The translations under genes were made by a program, and so were the position numbers. The notes beneath the pieces are model-generated. The model was not told the origin of the DNA. It did not search any database and saw only the letters and a program-made list of their open reading frames with translations. A stretch of 12,328 nt of DNA from Candidatus Thermosaccharophagus tengchongensis (GTDB taxonomy: Bacteria > Armatimonadota > Fervidibacteria > Fervidibacterales > Thermosaccharophagaceae): assembly GCA_032161105.1 (NCBI GenBank), contig JAVHTD010000038.1; one strand, 5' to 3'. Positions 1 to 7,712 of the stretch are shown one piece after another. Numbering within the stretch: the first letter of the stretch is position 1; each line of letters opens with the position of its first letter.

Positions 1-185
1 TGTTTCAAGTTGTTTGCGCATGAGGCTTTTCTTGCCGACTCACGAGCCTTCGCAAACACCGGAAACAGTATCGCCGCCAGAATGGCTATGATCGCGATCA
101 CGACCAGAAGCTCAATCAAAGTGAAGCCGTGACCGCAAGCAATGGATGACAACAGCCTGTGCATCACGCTGCTTTTGCGTTTCAC
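1..185 (-). CDS. Prepilin-type N-terminal cleavage/methylation domain protein (DUF1559 family); only the 5' part lies in the window
   Basis: Manual translation from GTG at 185: [61 protein letters not shown]... It has a class III signal G|FTLIE with Glu at +5, followed by the [22 protein letters not shown] block typical of DUF1559. RBS GAGGGGTGA lies 6 nt upstream; an alternative ATG is at 164. Not in the ORF track. Confidence 0.95.
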   Translation of the reverse strand, partial: MKRKSSVMHRLLSSIACGHGFTLIELLVVIAIIAILAAILFPVFAKARESARKASCANNLK

Positions 186-244
186 TTTGCATCACCCCTC
201 GTGGATGGATTTGAGCTGAGCATGATACAGTTACTCGGCGCATA

Positions 245-272
245 ATCGTAGCGCGCTTCTTGCGGTTGTAAA
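245..272 (-). promoter_or_regulatory. Putative sigma70-type promoter for the DUF1559 gene
   Basis: Minus strand reads TTTACA (272-267), 16 nt, TACGAT (250-245), about 60 nt upstream of the start. Motif match only. Confidence 0.4.
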
Positions 273-314
273 ATTCACTTTGCATGCTCTGTTCTTTTGG
301 CGGAGGGGGTGAGT

Positions 315-1676
315 TCACGCAAGGAGCATCCTCTCAGCAATGTCGCACAGCTCTTTCGCCTTGTGCTCATCTTCGGCTTCGGCTATGATGCGCATCAAGT
401 CCTCGGTCGCAGAGCGTCTCAGGTGCACCCAACAACGCGGTGAGTGCCAGATCAGTTTGACGCCGTCTGCATCCTCAACCTGATCGGCAGTTTGGATTAG
501 CTGCCCCATGCGGTGCTTGAGCTCGTCTGCTCCCATAACATGAGCGCATTTCAACTTGCGCTTGATCATGCAATACTGTGGGAGCTTCGCCACGAGTTGA
601 CTTAGTGGTTCTCCCCTCAGCGCCATGAATTCAAGGACGAGCGCCATCCCGCACAGTCCATCCCTCGCATATTGCAGTTGCGGATGGATGACGCCTCCAT
701 TGCCTTCGCCGCCGATCACGCCATTGACTTCCATCAATTTGGCACTCACATTCAAATCGCCCACTGGCGTGCGCACCACTTCACACCCGTGAGCTCTCGC
801 TATGTCATCAACTGCCATGGTCGTTGAAATGTTGGTGACTACGATTCCCTTGCGCATGCTCAGCACATGTTCAGTCGCTATGCAGAGTGTCATTTCCTCA
901 CTCAATGGCATGCCGCCATCGGCAACGATGACGACCCTATCAGCATCGGCGTCAAATCCAAAGCCCACATCAGCGCCGCTATCACGGACAACCGCTGCGA
1001 GTTCCTTCAGGCTTTCTCGTGTTGGCTCAGGCTGACGGGTGAACTTCCCATCAAGGTTGCAGTTCAAGGGAACAATGTCACATCCAAGGCACTTAAGCAA
1101 CGGTATGGCGACGGTTGATGCCGCACCATTCACGCAATCAATCGCCACTTTAAACTTGCGCCTGCGTATCTCATCGGCATCAACGAGGCTCACAATCCTT
1201 TCAACATGCATTCTTGTTGCCTCATCCATCCAATGCTTTCCAACCCCGCTCCAATCGGCTTGTATGAATGAGCCAGATTCAACAAGCCGCACAAGCTCAT
1301 TGATACAATCTTGGTCAACATACATTCCGTTCGCCCCAAAAAACTTGAGCGCATTCCATTCCTCCGGATTGTGAGATGCCGTAATCCCGATGCCACCGTC
1401 GGTATGTTCACGGATGTAAAGTTGCAGTGTGGGCGTTGGGACGATGCCAAGGTCAACTGCGTTGCATCCAGCCGACAACAGTCCAGCAAGCACAGCGTGT
1501 TTGAACATCGTCCCAGATGGGCGAGTGTCTGTGCCTATGGCGACCGTGATGCTCTCCTTTTTGGATTTGAGCATCACTCCATATGCCGTTGCCCACCTTA
1601 GTGCTACATCCGAAGTGAGCGTTTCCCCAACGATGCCGCGCACCCCGGATATGCTCACAATCAACCTCCCCGCCAT
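315..1676 (-). CDS. glmM: Alpha-D-phosphohexomutase (phosphoglucosamine mutase / phosphomannomutase family)
   Basis: 453 aa. N-terminal SISGVRG, phosphoserine motif TASHNP, metal loop FDADADR, sugar loop GGEGNGG, C-terminal RRSATE (RxSxTE). GGAGGGAG-type RBS. GlmM versus PMM specificity cannot be settled from sequence. Confidence 0.9.
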   Translation of the reverse strand: MAGRLIVSISGVRGIVGETLTSDVALRWATAYGVMLKSKKESITVAIGTDTRPSGTMFKHAVLAGLLSAGCNAVDLGIVPTPTLQLYIREHTDGGIGITASHNPEEWNALKFFGANGMYVDQDCINELVRLVESGSFIQADWSGVGKHWMDEATRMHVERIVSLVDADEIRRRKFKVAIDCVNGAASTVAIPLLKCLGCDIVPLNCNLDGKFTRQPEPTRESLKELAAVVRDSGADVGFGFDADADRVVIVADGGMPLSEEMTLCIATEHVLSMRKGIVVTNISTTMAVDDIARAHGCEVVRTPVGDLNVSAKLMEVNGVIGGEGNGGVIHPQLQYARDGLCGMALVLEFMALRGEPLSQLVAKLPQYCMIKRKLKCAHVMGADELKHRMGQLIQTADQVEDADGVKLIWHSPRCWVHLRRSATEDLMRIIAEAEDEHKAKELCDIAERMLLA

Positions 1677-1884
1677 TTTCCCACTCCCTCCTGTGTGCAG
1701 CTTTTGGTGGTTTGATGTAAAGCTGAGGATGCAATCGCATCGCCGATTGATTCAGGCGCTCACTCGTCAGAATGCCAGATGTAATATGGCACGGTAACTG
1801 CGTCTCAAACTCTTAGACAAACTTTTGTGGGCGAAGTCCCATCGGAGTTGACTTGTGGTGCGCTGTGTCGTAGCCGCGCTGCCA

Positions 1885-2511
1885 TCAATTGCGCTTGTGG
1901 GCATTTCGTGGTTCCATGAAGATGCGCAGCTCGCGCTCGTAGTCCTCCTTCGTGTCTATGTCGCGCAGTATCGCATCCGTATCAACCGGAAGCTCAAACA
2001 CATCGCTTGAATGCTCCGAGATAAACGAGCGCAATCCGTGCCTGCCGTGATATGAAATGAGCTCGTCAATGTATCTTCCGCTCAAAAGGACTGGATGACC
2101 ACGCCTGCCAGCAAATGTCGGTATGACAATTCCAGAGCCGGTTTGCCTATGCGCTGCGATTAGTGCGTCAACTATTTCATGCCCGATTGCGGGTTGGTCG
2201 GCGAGCATGACTATGAAGGATTCAATGTCGCTGGCGCACTCACGGAGCTTTGTCAGAGCTATGCGAAGCGAATCAATCATCTGCGATTGCTGCATTTCAT
2301 TTACAGCTACGATTGAGCCCATTTTGATGAGCCGCTCAACCAGTTCCTTTGGCAACCCGGGCGCGATGACGACTATGACGCTATCGGCAAGTGATGAGGT
2401 GGCATTCTTCACGACCGTCTCAAGGATGGTCAGCTCGCCGAATGGGAGAAGGAGCTTGCAGCTGCCCATCCTCGTGGATTGTCCGGCGGCGAGAACGATG
2501 GCGGCAATCAT
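1885..2511 (-). CDS. mocA: Nucleotidyltransferase, molybdenum cofactor cytidylyltransferase MocA/YgfJ-like (NTP_transf_3)
   Basis: IVLAAGQSTRMGSCKLLLP, LADQP, GRRGHPVL and DIDTKEDY motifs. ATG at 2511 preferred (GAGGGG upstream); the ORF track uses TTG at 2523. Confidence 0.82.
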   Translation of the reverse strand: MIAAIVLAAGQSTRMGSCKLLLPFGELTILETVVKNATSSLADSVIVVIAPGLPKELVERLIKMGSIVAVNEMQQSQMIDSLRIALTKLRECASDIESFIVMLADQPAIGHEIVDALIAAHRQTGSGIVIPTFAGRRGHPVLLSGRYIDELISYHGRHGLRSFISEHSSDVFELPVDTDAILRDIDTKEDYERELRIFMEPRNAHKRN

Positions 2512-2652
2512 TTGTCGCAGCAACCCCTCGCCCTTTGCGTCATCGCCTTAGCCTGTTGGGGAGCTGTAGAGCAAGCCGACGCAGTCCATCTTCAGCGAGA
2601 TGCTTGTTCCATGTGTTGAACGGCATTTTCAATTTGCTTGGCTGTAAGCGCT

Positions 2653-3516
2653 TCACCGCTGCTCAACGAGTCCAACGGCAAAGTTAACAGCAGTTGCCGA
2701 TGTTAATTTGACCTCCCCTCCGGGCAGCTCAAGCGGCATCGTCATCACATCATCATACCGTCCCTCTTGGTAGATGGTGCGACCCAATTCAACCGAGAAC
2801 CATGTTTTTACCCTGAGCTTTGCCGTCCCGCTTGCGCCCTCAAGCCCCATCTGCGAAAACATCAATGCTGTCATGCTCGGGCTTGATTGCTCAAGCTCAA
2901 TCACAGCGCATTTGAACTTGCCCTTCTCCTCATACCCGACAAACTTACCCGTGCCGCTCAGCGTGATGCTCTTTGTCTCGCTCACTTTCACATCCGTCTT
3001 AAAATCCCATGTGTCGCCAACATTCACATCGCCATCCGGGAAGCCGACGGCAGCACCGGCAAATGCGCTTACATCAATTGGGAGCTTCCCTTCATAGGTG
3101 GCTCCCGGCAGATTCTCCGGCTTGAGCACCTTATAGCTCAATGTCTTACCAGTCGGAGTTACAACCATCTCAACTTCGCTTTCCGGCAGCTTCACTGTTT
3201 CGGCGGTCCCTTGAGGCGTTGTCACCTGAGCTTGCCCGACGATGTTCATTCGCACGATGTAGTTGCCAGCCTTGTCAACTTTTAGAACGCGCTGCGTCGC
3301 TGTGAAGTCCATTTGCATTGGCATCTTCATTTCCGGTGCAAGCCCGCCGGTCTGCATTTGAACTACACCGCTTGCTTTGATGACATATTTGAGCGTCTCG
3401 CCCGGCTGATACTTCAACCTGAAGACTTCGGCGAATGGCGTCTTAGGTGTGGCTATAACAAGCAGCATGCATAATGCATACAGCGACCGCTTAACCGCAA
3501 ACTGCATGCCCGCCAT
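2653..3516 (-). CDS. Exported beta-strand-rich hypothetical protein (DUF6263-like); apparent paralog of the 5247-6995 protein
   Basis: Signal-peptide-like N-terminus (KRSLYALCMLLVIATPKTPFA). Motifs RLKYQPGETLKY, FPDGDVNVGDTW and TWFSVELGRT resemble DUF6263-type proteins (recalled, not searched). ATG at 3516 is 5 nt after GGAGGGTGA; ATG at 3522 is also possible. Confidence 0.75.
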   Translation of the reverse strand: MAGMQFAVKRSLYALCMLLVIATPKTPFAEVFRLKYQPGETLKYVIKASGVVQMQTGGLAPEMKMPMQMDFTATQRVLKVDKAGNYIVRMNIVGQAQVTTPQGTAETVKLPESEVEMVVTPTGKTLSYKVLKPENLPGATYEGKLPIDVSAFAGAAVGFPDGDVNVGDTWDFKTDVKVSETKSITLSGTGKFVGYEEKGKFKCAVIELEQSSPSMTALMFSQMGLEGASGTAKLRVKTWFSVELGRTIYQEGRYDDVMTMPLELPGGEVKLTSATAVNFAVGLVEQR

Positions 3517-3521
3517 CCTCA

Positions 3522-4454
3522 TCACCCTCCTTTTTGCTCCTTCTGCAGAAGGTGGCGCTTAAAGAACACCACCATGCGCTCTTCATACTCCCGTTGGTGA
3601 GCCGCGAACATTTTGACATGCCCAACGCCATCTCCTATCCACAGCTCCTTTGGCTGCTTTGCATGCCGATAAAGTAGCAATGCATCTTCAATGCCGACTT
3701 TGTTGTCGGCAGCCCCATGGATGATGAACACAGCCCTTGGCGATATTCGGTCAATGACACGATATGGTGCCACATCCTTTGGATTCACCTTGAGCATGAT
3801 TCGGAATGTCACCCATGCCGGAATCCCGAGAACTGGCGCCAGCGGTCCGAATGCACGCTTTAAAGTTAACCTCGCCGGTCTATCAAGGGAAGCATATGCG
3901 CTATCCGATATGACGGCTTTTAATGCCTCATTCTTTGCCGCTGCCATTATAGCCACTGCACCGCCCATTGAGAAACCAATGATGCCAATCCCAAGGCATG
4001 CCTTTGGCTTATTCTCATGCAGCCATTTTATTGCGCCCTCAACATCATTAACCTCAGCCCATCCAATGGTTGGCTTGCCGTCGCTTTCACCGTTGCCCCT
4101 GAAGTCAAACATGAGCACGGAAAAGCCGCCACGATGAAGTGCCGGAACAACATCAATGAACCTTGATCGTGTCCCGGGGTAGCCATGGCATACAAGCACA
4201 GTGCAATGTGTGTCGTTCGTTTTGCTCGCCGGAATGAACCAACCGGCTATGCGCACGCCATCTGCGGCAGCGAATTCAATATCCTCATACTGAAGACCGA
4301 AGTCGGATGGGAACCGCGTCAGCGCGAATCTTGGCGGACGGAAGGAGAGCACCACCCACAGGACATCGCCGATGATCCAAAGCAGCACAGTTGCAATGAG
4401 CAGCCGCAAAAGGAGCCATCGGATGCGTATCCTGATGATGGAGCCTTCCCTCAT
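3522..4454 (-). CDS. Membrane-anchored alpha/beta-fold hydrolase
   Basis: 310 aa. N-terminal TM helix, CHGY oxyanion region, FDFRGNGESDG, nucleophile elbow GFSMGG, IHGAADNKV (Asp), GVGH (His). Confidence 0.92.
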   Translation of the reverse strand: MREGSIIRIRIRWLLLRLLIATVLLWIIGDVLWVVLSFRPPRFALTRFPSDFGLQYEDIEFAAADGVRIAGWFIPASKTNDTHCTVLVCHGYPGTRSRFIDVVPALHRGGFSVLMFDFRGNGESDGKPTIGWAEVNDVEGAIKWLHENKPKACLGIGIIGFSMGGAVAIMAAAKNEALKAVISDSAYASLDRPARLTLKRAFGPLAPVLGIPAWVTFRIMLKVNPKDVAPYRVIDRISPRAVFIIHGAADNKVGIEDALLLYRHAKQPKELWIGDGVGHVKMFAAHQREYEERMVVFFKRHLLQKEQKGG

Positions 4455-4463
4455 CTTTGCCGC

Positions 4464-5159
4464 TCAAATTTCAACTTCCTCTCCGGGCTTGAGTATTCGG
4501 CAGTCTATGGTCTCATTGAGCTCTCTGAGCTTGCGCGCAAACTCGTTTGGGTTCGCCTTGATGACGGGAAATGTATCATAGTGCATCGGAACTACAATCT
4601 TGGGGTTAAGCATTATCGCTGCTTCAACTGCGTCATCAATGCCCATGGTGAAGTTATCTCCGATTGGCAGCATTGCGCAGTCAATGCTGTTTCGCTCACC
4701 GATTAGCTTCATGTCGCCAAAGAGCGCCGTGTCACCCGCATGGTAAATCGTTGAGCCATCAATGGTCACAATGAACCCGCAAGCCTCACCAGTGTAAATG
4801 ATGTTTGGATGCGTGATGGCGGAGCCGTGCAGTGCAGGTGTTAGCTTGACAGTGCCAAACGGGAACTTCGCTGCACCGCCGATGTGCATCGGGTAAACTT
4901 TTTGGACGCCCATCGTTTGACAGTAGACGCAAAGTTCATATGTGGAGATGAGCAGCGCATCGTGCCCCTCGCATAGCTCAATTGCGTCTCCGAGATGGTC
5001 TCCATGCCCATGCGTCACCAAGATGGCGGAAAGCCTTGGAAGCTGCTCAATGCTTATCGGGCATTGTGGATTGCCCTTGATGAATGGGTCAATGATGATG
5101 TTGCCATTGTATGAGGTTATGAGGAAGCACGCATGCCCAAGCCATTTCACCTTAGCCAT
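4464..5159 (-). CDS. Metal-dependent hydrolase, metallo-beta-lactamase fold (UPF0173/YtkL-like)
   Basis: 231 aa. WLGHACF, IDPF, THGHGDH (HxHxDH), YHAGDT, LPIGDNFTMG and PMHYDTFP motifs. Confidence 0.93.
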   Translation of the reverse strand: MAKVKWLGHACFLITSYNGNIIIDPFIKGNPQCPISIEQLPRLSAILVTHGHGDHLGDAIELCEGHDALLISTYELCVYCQTMGVQKVYPMHIGGAAKFPFGTVKLTPALHGSAITHPNIIYTGEACGFIVTIDGSTIYHAGDTALFGDMKLIGERNSIDCAMLPIGDNFTMGIDDAVEAAIMLNPKIVVPMHYDTFPVIKANPNEFARKLRELNETIDCRILKPGEEVEI

Positions 5160-5246
5160 TCAACTATGCCCACTCCTGCGCGGTTGAATTACGCTTTCGC
5201 TCACCGGATCCAAATTGCCATAGGGTTGCGGCGTTAAGCGTTTGGC

Positions 5247-6995
5247 TCACTGTTGCTCAATCAATTCCCTTAGCCCGGCTGGTATCCAATCCCTGCGGTT
5301 GCGTGCACTATCAAATGTGGTGTCAATGCGCACCGTGTAAGTCAATTGAACTGGGACTGGCTTCTGCTGTGCCTGTGTCCCGAGCATTGATGCAATCCCA
5401 CCAGTCATGCTCATAGGCTGCAATGCGCCAAATGGCTCACCGCCCTCCATCGCTGCACCGAGCATGCCAGCATACGCTTGCCCAATGGCGCTCACCATTC
5501 CGAGGATTCCGCCGCCGATGCCAGCTTGCGTTGCAGTCTGCATCTGCGGCACAAGCATAGACAGCACCACTGTGTCAGTGTTGAATATCAACTCAACCTC
5601 CTCTCGTGAGCTTATGATGCGCCCGTCTCTCACATCAAAGTAGATTACACGCGTCCCCTTTCCTGACCCTTTGAGCTCCTCGGGGAGTTTCTGGGCGCCC
5701 ATAATCCCCATTGTGCCGAATGCGCCAGCCATCGTTCCACCTGCGAGCCCTCCAAAGCCACCAGCTGCCCCACCAAGCCCAAACAGTGGTGCTGATGGCA
5801 TTGCACCACCAAGTCCGGGCATGCCACCCATCGGAGCTCCCATTGGCATTCCGGTCGCTCCGATCCCACCATATGCTCCTGCCTCACCACCAACCCCGCT
5901 TGCGGCACTAACTGATGAGTAACGAGCCTGCAGATATGCAAGCTTGAAGCGGATGTCAAGCTCATAACTTGTCACTATCTTTGCGCACGGCTTTCCCATC
6001 TGCCACTCAAATGCAGCAAGCGAGTGCTTGACATCGCCCCGTATTGTCCCAATGACGGCTTCCGTCTGGGGGGAGCGTTTCTCCGGCCTGTGTATGACGC
6101 TGAGGAAGAACAGCTCTGGGCGGATGGCTATTGGCGCTTCCCATGTGGCGCCGATTCTGAGTGGGTCATCTGGAAACTCAATGTCAACTCCGGCTGTGGC
6201 GAACGCGAGCAGTGGGTCTATGTCATCGTTCGTAAAGATGTGCCCGTTTGATTTCATTGAGGCGAGCATCATCCTGCGCATCGGTTGGAGCGGCAGTGAA
6301 ACAACTTGGAACATCTGAGTGCCTGAAGTTGCCGGACCACCTTCGCCACCCATTGCACCACCCATCATTCCGACGCCTGCAGTGCCAGCTGGCGCAAGAA
6401 ACCAAATCCGCCCATCCTCAACTTCACGGCTAACTTGGTAATATCTGTCCGGCGATATGCCTTGCACCATTTGATTCCAACGCAGCGTTAGGCGGTGCTC
6501 AAGGAATGGCAAATCCTCAGTGCGTGCCCTCTTTGGGATTTTTCCCTTAGCCTTTGAGCCAGCCTTAACGGTGTAGAACCAAACTTCTCCGGGGCGGAAC
6601 TTGAATGAAAGTATCAAGCCTTCAGGGGGCACTTCCAATTGTGCTTGGCGGATTAACCTGAACCTAACAGTGGCTGAGCCGGCATAGTTTCCGTCACCAT
6701 CCCTCGCCTCAGCGCGAAGTTCATGTTCTCCATCCTTGAGTTTCATCGCATCGGGATCAATTTCGTGCTCAAATGGCGCCCCAATGGCTGTGAGGAATTG
6801 CCCGTCAAGCCAAAGGGCGACATATCCAGTCGGATTGGCTTTGCGCAACACAATCTTGAACTTCTCATGCACAGTTGTGCCGTCTTGCGGGAAGACGAAC
6901 TCAACGCCGCCTTGAGCGAAGAGCAGCCCGTGAAGCAACAGCAGTGCGGCAGCTGAGATGAAATACTTCATCAGCTTGCCGTGTAGCTCCTTCAT
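5247..6995 (-). CDS. Exported hypothetical protein: Ig-like N-domain plus DUF6263-like beta domain with Gly/Met-rich low-complexity inserts
   Basis: 582 aa. RBS AGGGGTGA 7 nt before ATG. Signal peptide ending LLFA|Q. Bacterial Ig-like pattern (FPQDGTTV...LWLDGQ...DGEHELRAEARDGDGN). The C-terminal region has motif blocks colinear with the 2653-3516 protein. Confidence 0.8.
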   Translation of the reverse strand: MKELHGKLMKYFISAAALLLLHGLLFAQGGVEFVFPQDGTTVHEKFKIVLRKANPTGYVALWLDGQFLTAIGAPFEHEIDPDAMKLKDGEHELRAEARDGDGNYAGSATVRFRLIRQAQLEVPPEGLILSFKFRPGEVWFYTVKAGSKAKGKIPKRARTEDLPFLEHRLTLRWNQMVQGISPDRYYQVSREVEDGRIWFLAPAGTAGVGMMGGAMGGEGGPATSGTQMFQVVSLPLQPMRRMMLASMKSNGHIFTNDDIDPLLAFATAGVDIEFPDDPLRIGATWEAPIAIRPELFFLSVIHRPEKRSPQTEAVIGTIRGDVKHSLAAFEWQMGKPCAKIVTSYELDIRFKLAYLQARYSSVSAASGVGGEAGAYGGIGATGMPMGAPMGGMPGLGGAMPSAPLFGLGGAAGGFGGLAGGTMAGAFGTMGIMGAQKLPEELKGSGKGTRVIYFDVRDGRIISSREEVELIFNTDTVVLSMLVPQMQTATQAGIGGGILGMVSAIGQAYAGMLGAAMEGGEPFGALQPMSMTGGIASMLGTQAQQKPVPVQLTYTVRIDTTFDSARNRRDWIPAGLRELIEQQ

Positions 6996-7171
6996 GGTTT
7001 TTTCACCCCTTAAACTTCACACTATGAGGGGACTCACTCAAACGCCATTTGCAATTTTAGCGCCTGAGGAGAATGCCAGCCACATATTTTGACGGTGTGA
7101 AAGGCATACCCGTTTCCAATCGTGACGGTGCACTTAAGCTCAGTTGGGACGAAAGCTTTTGCTGACTCGCT

Positions 7172-7681
7172 TTACATCCCTCTGGCTTCAAACCATGGGC
7201 GCAGCTTTGCATATGTTTGCTCAAGCAGCTCTGGTATCACTTTAGTGTTTGCGATGACCGGCATAAAGTTTGTGTCACCGCTCCATCTTGGCACGATGTG
7301 TATGTGCAAGTGCTGGTCAATGCCCGCGCCTGCAACCCGCCCCAAGTTCAGACCTATGTTGAAGCCATCCGGACGCAGCACTTCACTTAACGCTTCTTCG
7401 CAAAGGCGCACAGCATACATTAGCTCGTGAAGCTCATCATGGCTCAACTGCGACAGCCATCCAACATGCCTATACGGCACAACCATAAGATGCCCGTTGT
7501 TGTATGGGTAAATGTTGAGCATGATGAATGAGTGCTTGAGCCTCGCTATGATGTAGTTTTCGGCATCCCTTCCCTCAATGGGCTTGTCGCAGAAGATGCA
7601 CACGCTTTTTGTTTCCGATGTTGCCGTCATGATATACTGCATCCTCCATGGCGCCCAGATGATGTCATGCACCTTGTTCAC
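7172..7681 (-). CDS. HIT family protein (diadenosine tetraphosphate hydrolase/phosphorylase-like)
   Basis: WAPWRMQYI, CIFC, LNIYPYNNGHLMVVP, GFNIGLNLGRVAGAGI and histidine triad HLHIHIVPRW. GTG at 7681 follows GGGTGA by 5 nt; the ORF-track start at 7729 overlaps the upstream gene. Confidence 0.93.
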   Translation of the reverse strand: MNKVHDIIWAPWRMQYIMTATSETKSVCIFCDKPIEGRDAENYIIARLKHSFIMLNIYPYNNGHLMVVPYRHVGWLSQLSHDELHELMYAVRLCEEALSEVLRPDGFNIGLNLGRVAGAGIDQHLHIHIVPRWSGDTNFMPVIANTKVIPELLEQTYAKLRPWFEARGM

Positions 7682-7712
7682 ATCAATCACCCAGCATTGT
7701 GCGCTTTTACAC

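Noticed and set aside
89..100. Perfect 12-bp palindrome TGATCGCGATCA
   Set aside because: It lies inside the pilin coding sequence and is explained by the V-I-A-I codons.
112..318. 68-aa minus-strand ORF from the track
   Set aside because: It overlaps the DUF1559 gene in another frame, covers its RBS and promoter, and has no protein-like motif.
1698..1741. Two short hairpins in the glmM leader (CAGCTTT...AAAGCTG and GATGC...GCATC)
   Set aside because: The stems are only 5-7 bp, lack a U-tract and do not cover the RBS, which is insufficient to call a terminator or riboswitch.
1728..1770. glmS-ribozyme-like fragments upstream of glmM (UGACGAG, AGCGCCUG, AUCGGCG on the minus strand)
   Set aside because: The elements are in the wrong order (GACGAG precedes AGCGCC) and the P1/P2 stems and UUAUCGA segment are missing. 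An Infernal search with the glmS model would settle it.
2524..2652. Possible Moco riboswitch upstream of mocA
   Set aside because: I could not find the multi-stem structure or conserved words of the Moco RNA motif.
5691..5909. CCA/CCC-rich DNA resembling a tandem repeat or CRISPR-like array
   Set aside because: It has no fixed period or repeat-spacer structure and reflects the Gly/Met-rich codons on the minus strand.
7101..7170. c-di-GMP-I riboswitch-like words (GGCATACC...GGGACGAAAGC)
   Set aside because: They are on the plus strand with no downstream gene, and the GCAAA/GNRA-receptor architecture and P3 stem are not present.
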